From assembly GCF_009834535.1 (NCBI RefSeq), contig NC_045697.1:115508001-115572000 (forward strand): DNA of 64,000 nucleotides, read 5' to 3'. Every line of letters starts with the position of its first letter. The stretch's first letter is position 1. The DNA comes from Camelus ferus. Its lineage: Eukaryota. The notes beneath the pieces were generated by a model that was given only the letters and a program-made list of their open reading frames with translations, had not been told where the DNA came from and searched no databases. The position numbers and the translations under genes are program-made. This document shows, piece by piece, positions 53,819-64,000 of this stretch.

Positions 53819-54371
53819 TGTTACCCACCAACAAGGAAAAGACCCTAGTCCTATCTTATCCAAAAGACAAGAATTCAGAAGGGAGACGGAGTGTGTTGTT
53901 TACTGAAAGATTTTAAAGGATTTGTTTAGCAAAAGGAAAGTACCCCTCCAAGATAGGGAGGCGGGCTGATCCGAGGGCGGATAGCAGTGGTCTCTGTTTG
54001 CCCCCTCCTCTTACACCCTGGCTTAGAGGGGGTCTCTTGATTGGTGGACGGCTCTTGCCCGTGGCGTGCATACTCATGTTTGTTTCCTTTGAGTATATCT
54101 TTACCCATGATGCACACAGAAAACCCCATGGGGTTTTGGGGCTAAACTGAAATGTTAATTATATTACAGTGAGCACTGGGTCCTGCTGTCCGGTCAAGTC
54201 CTTGTGGTTACTGCGTAGTCGTGCTGTCAGGTTCTAACCGGTTTCTTGCTGGCGCTCATTTAAAGGAAGTAAAGCCCCTTTATGCTGGAGGCAGGCACAC
54301 TGCCATCATCTGGACCATCCTTCCTCTCCTCTTTATCAACCTGGTGCCCCCGCTTCCCTACCTACCTAGCA
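53819..54371 (-). mobile_element. ERV1-class solo LTR family A, independent insertion
   Basis: TGTTACC...CCTAGCA termini with perfect 4-bp TSD GGGA (53815-53818 / 54372-54375). Its reverse complement aligns along 12913-13459 (e.g. CCCCCTCCTCTTACACCCT, CTTAGAGGGGGTCTCTTGATTGG, AATGTTAATTATATTACA). Confidence 0.9.
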
Positions 54372-54449
54372 GGGACAAAAATCCGAAAGTGTTATCCTGT
54401 TTCCATTATATTAAAAGTTCTTATTTACCTAGAGAACGATTTGCTGCCC

Positions 54450-55200
54450 CATCAGTTTATTTATTTTATATAGTCACTCGTTTGCTGACCATATATTGAG
54501 TGCCTTCTTAAGAGGTTAGCCTCGAGTTTACAGTTTAGTGAGAAAAAGTAACATGTAAATAAAATACATCACGATGCCACAAGAAAGGTGTGTGTAGGCT
54601 CTGTATGAATACAATGGAATGAAATACTTCCGCCTGGGGAAATTATGGAAAGCTTGACTCATGGTAACATGTGTTGAATTTCGAGAGGTAGAGATTTCAC
54701 AGGCTGCTTGCCATCTCTGTCTCAGATGGGGTGCCAGGCTGCCTTTATACTTCAAAACTCCCTGCAGGCATTCAAGGACATAACTCCTAAGAAACTTGCA
54801 AATTGATCTATGTGGGCGGAATGGAAGGTAGACAGAAGGGTATGGCAGGAAATAAACTCACTAAGAACTAAGTAAACAAAGTATTAAAGAATTTTTATGC
54901 CATGTTAAAGCTGTTGACCTTTACCACATTGATCATTAGAAATTTACAAGTGCAAGTGGCCTGATTAAGTTGGAATTGTTAGAAAAGGGACCTTGTGGTG
55001 TCACGTGAGGTGAACCAGTTACAGGGCCTCCAGACACCATTTTTCAGGATGAAGCTGACACTTAACCAAATAAAATGGGTTCAAACGATGCCACTGGGTG
55101 GAGTTATTTTAGAAAATGGCATTCATGGTGACCTAGAAATAGGAATCAGATTGGAGAATCCAGAGAGTATGAGAGTTGAGGAGGAATATATCAATTATTT
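54450..55200 (-). mobile_element. L2 LINE fragments
   Basis: TCACTCGTTT...CATATATTGAGTGCC tail followed by degenerate reverse L2 motifs. Confidence 0.45.
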
Positions 55201-57355
55201 ATTTACACTCTGCTTTATATCCCAAAAGGTTTCTATAATGGCTTAGAGATATATAAACACTTCAATAAGATTATAAAAGATAAAGAATTCGGTGTAAAGT
55301 ATAAAGGAAAGTCAAAATGTGGGGTGAAATCAGAGAGAATAAATCATGCGTATCCAGGCACTGAGGCTAGGTGCACTTTCCCCACACAGTCCATTTAAAC
55401 ATTCATCAGTTCAAATTTTATTGTTCATCTTTTGGGGAAAACAGTCCTAATAAAAAACAAATGTGTTTAAACTAAATAGATATAAAAACAAACATGTGAA
55501 GAACTGGGTAGTGAAAAATAATTGGAGACTAGAAGTCCAGGATAGACAATAATGAAGTTAAAAGGAAAAAGGAAGTACGATGTTTAGTAAGTATCACTTT
55601 GATGCAGGCGTGGTTATACGAACACTCACATGAGTGTTACAGCCCTCAGGTGGCTTTGATCCATCCTCTGCATTTCTGTGCCTGGCTCCGTGATAGTAGG
55701 GTAGGCGTGGGTAATTTTGATCTTCTAAATTATTTATAATATATTTATGTTAAATACAAGAAGCCTGTATTTAAATTCATATTATTTCTTTTCCATTCTT
55801 CATGAAATCATAACCCATAAAATGCTAAATTTGAAAGAAATCAGAATCACAATCTCACATACTTCTTTTACATCTAGGAAATCAAAAATCTCAAAGGCAA
55901 GACATGAGGTGTGCAAATTCTTACTGTTCGTTGGGCCAAGCCACCCAAACCTGAAATCCCAGTTTCAGCATTAAACCAAGTACTATGAACTGATGACACT
56001 CAGGTTCCTCTGGCTTTGATAAAAGGAGTTATTTGGTCATTTTTGCCCTGCATAGTTTTTTACTTGAAATTCAAGCATATTTGAGTGGGGGACTATCTGC
56101 TATCGCATCTGTATTCAGTGTGCAGATACAGTGCTCACACAACACAATTTGGAAAGACAGGAATACTAGTTTCAGGGATATAAAGGGAAAATAAAGTAAG
56201 AAAGGGCAAGAATGAAAGATTTTTCAACAAAACTTGGGAGAGGTAAGGGAAACTCAGGAAATAGAAACTCAGGCCTACTTTCCAATTAAGCTGGGGGACT
56301 GATAGCTGGAATACACGTAAGTCAATTTGTCATATGTGATTTGACATAATTTATCACAAGCAAGAGGAAGGCTGCTATTTTATATCAAGGGGAAATGCCA
56401 GTGCAGCTATGAATGGTAGATTCAAGAGACTTTAGTCAGCGTTTTTCCAACTAAAAAGCCCGTCTTAACTCTGACACCACAGTTACCAAGGGTCAAACAT
56501 CAGGACAGCACTGGATAGTTGAACACAAAAGCAGTCACCATACCCAAAAAGCTTGTTATTAAGCCCCTTTGGTGATGCACAGCAACGTCAAACATCTTTA
56601 CGAGCAACTTCCTGAAGCGATGATGTGGTCTTGTAAAATTTCTACCACAGAGAAGATGACAATAAAATATGCAATATCTATTACCATCATTATAAGACAC
56701 AGAAATGTAATTGATATATTTTACAGGTTGTGTTTATTGCTTTATTTGGGGGGAAAGCAAAAAAAAAATGTTTTCAGGACTTCATAGGTGCTCTGGTAAA
56801 CTTTCCCAGTCCCCTTGATCCTTCCCCCATAGTGAAGTTGAATCTCCAAAATGGTCCTGACCCTGGCACAATAAGCAGCATGAAACAAGACTTGAAATCA
56901 ATCCTTCTGTTTGGGTTGGAATGCTAAGAAAGTAATGGTAACCACCTTTCTTTCAACCCTCACTTACTCAGATTTTGATCTTCATTTAAAAAAGCATCCC
57001 CTGAATTCTTCCTACGCTTTCTGAAGAAATGAATATGTGATCAGAAGGAACAAAGGGATATCTTCCTCTCCTGTCAAACAATAACTGATCATCAGAATTG
57101 GGTAAATTCAGGTCTCTGTTAAGATAGAGCAGTATCCAACTTTGAGACCTTCAGCCAAATTTTGTTTTTTGATGCGGATTTATGGAGCTCTGCATTTGAG
57201 TTAGATAAACCTGGAAAACCAACCAAGAAATCTGGAGGGACCATGATTAATGACTGACAGGTTATACTACATACAACTCTACAACAGTTCAGAATAGACC
57301 TAAAGAGCATTGGGGAAATGGTACTAAAAGTAACAAGAGAAATCACTCTTATTTC

Positions 57356-57530
57356 AGAGGGAGGGTATAGCTCAACTGGTAGAGTGCATGCCTAGCGTGC
57401 ACAAGGTCTTGGGTTCAATTCCCAGCACCTCTTCTAAAAATAAATAAACTTAATTACCCCCTCTTCTGCCAAAATAAAATAGTTAAATAATACAATAATA
57501 AATAAAATATTTTAAAAGTTATTTATTAAA
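57356..57530 (+). mobile_element. tRNA-Ala-derived SINE (camelid Vic-1 type)
   Basis: GGGAGGGTATAGCTCAACTGGTAGAGTGCATGCCTAGCGTGCACAAGGTCTTGGGTTCAATTCCCAGCACCTC plus AT-rich tail. Degenerate TSD AAATCACTCTTATTTC / AAATTACTCCTGTTCC. Confidence 0.88.
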
Positions 57531-58806
57531 AAATTACTCCTGTTCCAACCACATTACTATTTTATTATAATAGTAGTTTGTTCTGCCTACTTGAGATTTT
57601 GCTGATTCTCAAATTTTCAGCCACCAGAGAGCAAAGGAAGTCAACAAACCAATCAGTGAGCTCAAACTCTGAAATCGATCAGGAAGGTCACACTTCTAAA
57701 ACATGTTTCAACTTTGCAAAGGAGATAGTGGTATAGCCCATGTCTCTTTGGTAGCATCAAGTGAAAAACTGAATTTTTCTTTATTTGTTCTGAGAATTTC
57801 CACCTTTATGACAGCTGCCGAAAACTTCACAGAGTGTATGACCATTCAATGTAAGTTTCTCTGCAGACATTTAATTTCAAAACTGGATGGGACTTGAAAA
57901 ATCATCTCTTAGCTAATTCATCTTCATTTTACAGGAGGCAAGATTACACATTTGGATTTCTATCTCCATCCCTGAGTATAAAATTGAAGAAAATGGACAC
58001 TCTGATTGAGTGATATCTTAATTCAAACACCCCATTTTTAGCTTCAAAAGAAGCGCTCTATATCTCTATCCATTTGTTCATCTTTAGAAAAGTTGTAACT
58101 AGGACATTAAGGAGCACTTTGAATAACACAAACACTAAAGCAAATAAACAAGTAAGTGATGCTTATCTCTCACCTCTTATAATAGAAAATAGAACCAATG
58201 TGAGAAAAAGGCATTTTTTGCAAATAGATTGTGTAAGTCAGCAGTAAATCAGCTTTCTGCTTTTGAAAAAGTTTTATATAATAAAAGCAGAAAAAGTTCT
58301 GTACACTTTTCCTTTGGGTGAGTGATTTCTTATCTTAACCCTCTAAATTCATATATTCATTTTCTCTCCTTGCCTTATTTCTACTGTGTATGATCAAAGA
58401 TACTGCCAAGGAATCTCAGAAAATAGTCTGTTTTCTATTGTTTTGGGGATATTTTAGTAATAGAACACACACCTGAGACTTCTTTTCAAGTAGGGAAAAT
58501 ATTGATGTGTATTCAAAAAAAAAATGCACATCCTCTTAAGGGTTTTAACTGCAGAGATTCCTTTCTGCCTAGTACATTTATATTGTTAAGTATTAATAAC
58601 CCTTTCAAAGTGAACAAGATTTTATCTCACAGACAAGATATCTTAGTTTCATTATCTAACCAGAATTTGAGTATAATACACTTTATAGGAGAATTTTAGT
58701 AAGATTATGAAACTAAAATGAATCTAATTATTGGAAATAATTTGTAAATTGATAGAGATTTAATATCGATATTCTAAAATATCTTTTGATATAAAAAATA
58801 CTGTGG

Positions 58807-59095
58807 GAAGCAGACTCACAGGCATAGAAAACAAACTTGTGGTTACGGGGGAAAGGGGGAGGTAGAGGGATAAACTGAGAATTCAGAATTTTCAGATACC
58901 AACTACTACATATAAAATAGATGAACAACAAGGTCCTACTGTAGAGCACAGGGAACTATATTCAATATCTTGTGATATCTTATAATTTTAAAAGAATATG
59001 AAAAGGAATATATATTTATGTATAACTGGATCACTATACTGTACATCAGAAACTAACACAACATTGTAAATGAACTATACTTCAATAAAATAAAA
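58807..59095 (+). mobile_element. Short 5'-truncated L1 3' UTR (cetartiodactyl type)
   Basis: CAGACTCACAGGCATAGAAAACAAAC...GGTCCTACTGTAGAGCACAGGGAACTATATTCAATATC...TATACTTCAATAAAA. Confidence 0.88.
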
Positions 59096-59119
59096 TTTTT
59101 TTTTTCAAATGTGTTCTGA

Positions 59120-60135
59120 AGCCGGTGGCCTAATCCTGGCTCCTGATGTCACTGTCCAATAAAAGAAATCAGTGCTCCTTGGAGAGATGATGATTCTTCG
59201 ACTAAGACGAGGGATGTACAAGATAAACCTCAAGCATCTCGTAGTACCAGAAAGGCAGTCATCAAAGCAAAAGGATGGAGGTATGTCACCCAAACAAAAG
59301 GGCCTCCAGTGGTCACAAATAGAACAATTTGATTAATAATAATAATAATAACAACAACAATAGTAAACATATGACTGTATATTACTCTGAAGTACATGGA
59401 CAAAGGAACAAAATTAATATCTATGCTGGCATAAATAAAGGATTGAATAAATAAGTAAATAAAGAAGAGGAGAAAAATCTGTGTAGAAAAACTTCAAATA
59501 ACTTATGTGAAAATCGTCTTTCAAGGAGATGAAGCACATTCTCCTACTTCTTAAGTGTGGGCCACAGAGTAACTTGCTTCCAAAGAAGACAGCATGGGAA
59601 GAGGGGAAAGGTAACTTTACAGCGAAGATACGATAAACGTTACCTTCGCCAGGTAATCATGGTTAACATCAACCGTGATAATTCACAGTCCATACCTTTG
59701 AGGTGATGTGATGAAAACGGTATTTTGCCTCTGTGATCTTCTTCCTAAAATACCATAATCTCGGTCCAACCAAGAAAAAAAAATTGAGCAAACCCACGTT
59801 GAGGGATATTCTACCAAATGCCTGAACTGTGCTCCTGGAACTGCCCAGGTCATCCAAAGCGAAGAATTCTGAGACACTGTCTCAGCCAAGAGGCGCCTTA
59901 GCAGGTACAATGAGTAACTGTGATGTGGCACCCTAACGGGATGCTGAAACAGAAATGTAATTAAGGAAATTTAATGAAATCTGAACAAAATATGGGTTTT
60001 CATTAACAATCACTTATTCATATTAGTCATTAATTGTGAGAAATGGATCAGAGTCACGTTAAATGTTAGCAATAGGGGAAAGTGGCTTGAGGTGTATGGG
60101 GTATCTTTGCAGTAAAAAATATTGTAAAACAAAAT
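59120..60135 (+). mobile_element. Old L1 (L1MC/L1MD-like) 3' UTR
   Basis: CTCCTTGGAGAGATG...AGCATCTCGTAGTACCAGAAAG...TAACTTGCTTCCAAAGA...GAGGGATATTCTAC.AAAT...TGTTAGCAATAGGGGAA motifs. Confidence 0.7.
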
Positions 60136-61459
60136 GTATGGTTTTTAGAAGAGTAATGGGAAATGTTTCTGAAATTGAAGAATGGGAAAAAAATCATTTT
60201 TAATAATAGAAACAATCACTATAAAATTGTTCAGAATACATTTCCTAGACCAGACGTAACTTCTGCTCCTTACAGATAAAACTAGAGAATATTTTAGAAC
60301 AACTTGCAACCACCCTTTCATTCACCAAGCATTTGTTAAGCACCTGATATTTTATGTATCTTATTTATTTACCCCGATGAAGATAGTAATAATATCATCT
60401 GATATTTAGAAAGTAGTAAAGACGAGGTAAGTGCTATTTTTCATGCATTCTCTGAATCATAAAAGCAAAACAGGGCTTTTGCGTTTGGAAAACACAAGAA
60501 AGTTGCAAGAAGTGTTTGTGAGTCTTCATTTTCAAGAAGGATGATCGGTCGAATGGAATCAGCAACTGAGGCTAAATAAAGCTGAAACCATATTGCAAGC
60601 GTGCGTTTTAAGTTCAGGTATTTATTGCCTCCGTGATTACAGCTGCGGATACTCGGGGAAGACAAAGAGGTGTGACAGAATCAAGGCTTAAGTCACATAA
60701 ATTCATCCTTCTGTTTCCTGGTGAAGCCAACGTGATTTCTCATTACAGCAACAGGATAGGTTGCTCTTTACAATTTAATTAGCTGGGGGTATGTCCAGAA
60801 TGTTTATGAAACACCTAATTAGAGGTCATGATTATCAGCACATATGAATAAATACAGAGACGATTTCTCCAAATACACTCTGTTCATTCATTCTAAAGCC
60901 TAGAAAACTTTTTTTTTTAATTCAAAATTACAAATAGTGGGAAATAACTCTAGCCCCACGCAAAGGGACCTTAAAATACTGCCATAATTATCAGACGAAA
61001 CCTCGAAAAGTTCATACGACGTTGAACACCAATACCTCTGCCAATTGTCTGTAAATTTATCAAAATTTTCATGTTAAATTTTTTTCTATGATTTTAAGTT
61101 ATACCCTAGAAATAGCAGCTTCATAAACAGACATTTTTGTTTTGTTTTGTTTCCCAAGATAGGACGAGGCTCTGTGTAGTGTAACAGAATGCAAGAATGA
61201 GGAGAAAGTCAAATGATGTATCTTCAGATAACTCTATAACCTGGAAAATACCACAAATGCACATTGGTATTGTACTGTTTTGGTCTTGATTTGTACAAGA
61301 AAATGTGATTCCTTTTTATTTCCACTGTTGACAAAATAGCATTCACTTCCTAAGCGTTGTGACAAGTCAATTACGCCAATTATAGGAAAGTAGCCCCAGT
61401 AACGAGATTCTAAGTGTACCAGTCTGATTTTCCAGCTGACTGGCAGCACCGTGAAAACT

Positions 61460-61940
61460 TACTGAATTAGAATATATGTACAGAACCGTGCCCATAAGTC
61501 CGTAAGCTTAATTTTTTTCAGAAACTGAGCACATCCATGTGAGGCTCTACTAGCTTGATTACGGCACTAGGAATCAGAAGTCTCTCTAATGCCCCCTCCA
61601 GTCACCACCCAACGAGAGTAACCACTGTCTCTACTTCGAACAGCGTGGGTTAGTTTCACCTGGTTTGCAGGTTATTTGATTGGACTCACACAGCGCGCAG
61701 TGCCCTGTGTCTGACTCCTTCCACTCGACACTTGTGTTTGCGTGAATCATTCATACCGTTTACCTATTTCCCTCCTGAGAGGCATTTGGGCAGCTTACAG
61801 TTTGGGACTAACACAAATACTGCTGTGATGAACATTACAATGCAGGATTTTGGGTCAATATGCATACACATTTCTGCTGGGTTTTTAGGTTTTAGATTTT
61901 GCACATGGTCTGCTCTAGCAGATATTACTGCCGGCTTTTG
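61460..61940 (-). mobile_element. Old L1 (L1ME-like) 3' UTR fragment
   Basis: GCCCCCTCCAGTCAC...GTAACCACT.TC..TACTTC...CATTTGGG...CAGTTTGGG...TGCTGTGATGAACATT reverse L1ME motifs. Confidence 0.65.
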
Positions 61941-62544
61941 AAAAGTAGAAATTCACTTAAAAGCCACAGAATACTTATGTGTAAAAATAAAACACAAATA
62001 AATTCTATTCCAAAAGGAAGCCAGCAAGCTGGCTTGGTTAGCCCCTCAACCCCAAACTTTTGAGTATCAAGGATGAAATATCTCTGTGAAAAGAAAAAGT
62101 ATCTGAGTAAATAGAATAAAATATTCTTCCAGTCCTTTTTACATCAAAAAAAGTTCCATTGGTGACTACTCTTCAAAAGACTGACTTTCAAGAAAGGCAT
62201 CTTTAATAGTGTGGGTGATGTATTCTAAATTTTGATTTTGTGGGTAATGGAAAGAGTGCTCATTGGGGCATGCAGAGGCATCCGGAAAGCCCTGTCACAT
62301 ACAACATGTCAGAATAACAGATAGCACGCTCTGTAAAGAAAATTAATTTAAATACGTCAGGTGAAAACACACCTTTCTTGAAAGAAAACTTATTTTTGTA
62401 TAAGACGTGCATCTTATTTATTGCCTACATGGGCAGGTAATATATTCAGGATTTTCCAACGTATTCCTTTGTGACAAAACAGACTTCAAACGTTTATCAT
62501 GAGTGCTACCCCTTCTCAAATCCTCTTGCACTTAATGTATTCTT

Positions 62545-62656
62545 TATTTTTTCTGAGAAGAGTTATTTATTTTTTACTTCTTTATTTTTTTAATGGAGGT
62601 ACTGGGGATTGAACCCAGGACCTCGTGCATGCCAACCACAAGCTCTACCCTCCCCC
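62545..62656 (-). mobile_element. Vic-1-type SINE with internal deletion
   Basis: T-rich tail followed by AATGGAGGTACTGGGGATTGAACCCAGGACCTCGTGCATGC...CTCTACCCTCCCCC. TSD ACTTAATGTATTCTT (62530) / ACTTAGTGTATTCTT (62658). Confidence 0.88.
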
Positions 62657-63449
62657 TACTTAGTGTATTCTTATCATATTTATTAGTTAATTATAGCATT
62701 CTGTGTTTCTAATTAACAAAATGTTTCCTTTTTTTATGACTATACCAAACATGATAAACTATCATTTTAAATAAAAGTTAAAAGTCTTGAAAAAAACATG
62801 GCGATATTATTTCTATGATTCTTCAATAAGTGATACATTACCCACATGTGGGGGCTTCTTTGTTCTCACTATAGATTAATAAATTAAAAATGTGATGTTC
62901 TGTAAACATTTGGTTTCATATTCTACAATTTTATGTTGTCTGGTAAATATTTATGGACACTTGAAAAGTTCAATGCTTCTCCTTGCAGTAATAGCCGTTC
63001 CAAAAGCAACATTCATCTACATCACAGTTAATTACCATTTCACATGCTGAGGTCAGAATTTATTGACCTTCAAAGCACTTCAGATGGTTTTCTCATCAGA
63101 GACACCATATAAGAACATCTCCACTGATGAATTCAGTATGTGGAATGTTACTAACATCAGAGATTACATCTGTTTATGTATGTAGGTGTGTGTCTAAACC
63201 TGTGTTCTTGCACATCAATTCTTGTGTAGATAGATTACACATGTGCACATAATGGCTCATTTAAAATGAACGTTATTAGTCATTGACTTAACAAATATTT
63301 TAAGTTTTCCATCTATGAAGTTATGTCAGACTTGAAAATAGAGTTGTTGTTTTCCTTTAATGTGTTGAGTACAAAAGCATAATGACAAAAACAAACTGGG
63401 ACAATCACTTGCAACACATACAACAGGGAAAGGACTAGTTCCTTCACGA

Positions 63450-63903
63450 CTAAGGCAGGTTAAAGATGGCTGTACATTTAACACTCCTTCCTTCCAGAGA
63501 TATAGTCTATTTCCCCTCTCCTTGACTTTGAACTTACCAGTGATTGCTTTGACGCTAGAGTTAAGCAAAAGTGATGCTATGTTCATCCAGGCCTTTCTTT
63601 TAAAAGATCTGCAGTTTCTTCCTTGATCATTTGGAGCCCTGAGGCCATGAAAGTTACTGGCCACACCCAGAGACAATGGAAAGAGAGATGCTTGACTATC
63701 CCACAGGGGTTCTGTGAACAAAGAAGCACTCAGCTGACTGCAGTCCCATTGTTATCTGACTGCCAGCACAGGAGAGGCACCATACAAAGACTACCCAGCT
63801 GAGACCATCATTTGATGGCCTCAGAACCATAAAAGATAATAATAAATTATTATTTTGTCATTGAGCTTTTAGAATGGTTCTGAAACAACGGATAACAAGA
63901 AAA
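63450..63903 (+). mobile_element. MaLR solo LTR, older MLT1 (H/I-like)
   Basis: TAAAGATGGC...ACACTCCT...GTCTATTTCCCCTC...ACTACCCAGCTGAG...CAGAACCAT.A.AGATAATAATAAAT...GATAAC. Confidence 0.65.
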
Positions 63904-64000
63904 ATGCAAGACTTCCTATGAAGCAAATAGAGAGATCCAACAACCAAAACAAACAAACAAAAGAGCAAAAGGTAAACGGTAGACTATATTTTCCAAAGAC

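Noticed and set aside
57357..57430. tRNA-Ala gene (also 24899, 51556, 62590)
   Set aside because: Acceptor stem is degenerate, and A-rich tails and TSDs are present, so these are SINEs rather than functional tRNAs.
446..63721. All ORFs in the six-frame track as protein-coding genes
   Set aside because: All are 145 aa or shorter, many start at non-ATG codons, composition is low-complexity or repeat-derived, no domain is recognisable, and several are frameshifted between the two copies.
1..64000. CRISPR array, operon or other prokaryotic/phage system
   Set aside because: No regularly spaced short repeats or dense ORFs; the sequence is mammalian repeat-rich DNA.

Overview
AT-rich mammalian non-coding DNA (intron or intergenic). 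It is most likely camelid: it has tRNA-Ala-derived Vic-1-type SINEs and cetartiodactyl-type L1 3' ends, and I saw no Bov-A/BovB, CHR or PRE-1 elements. No protein-coding gene can be supported; the supplied ORFs are short, random or repeat-derived. The dominant structure is a near-identical direct duplication of ~25.7 kb (905-26595 vs 27566-53250) around a 100-N gap (27466-27565). Copy 1 does not simply run into the gap. It breaks abruptly at 26595/26596 into 870 bp found nowhere else in the window, which looks like a structural-variant junction (true tandem duplication/CNV, divergent haplotype or chimera). The rest is a layered transposon landscape of L2/MIR, MaLR (MLT1) LTRs, ERV solo LTRs with TSDs, L1 3' fragments and SINEs. 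I found no convincing novel biological system; the duplication and its junction are the main leads. Repeat family names come from recalled consensus similarity, not a database search.
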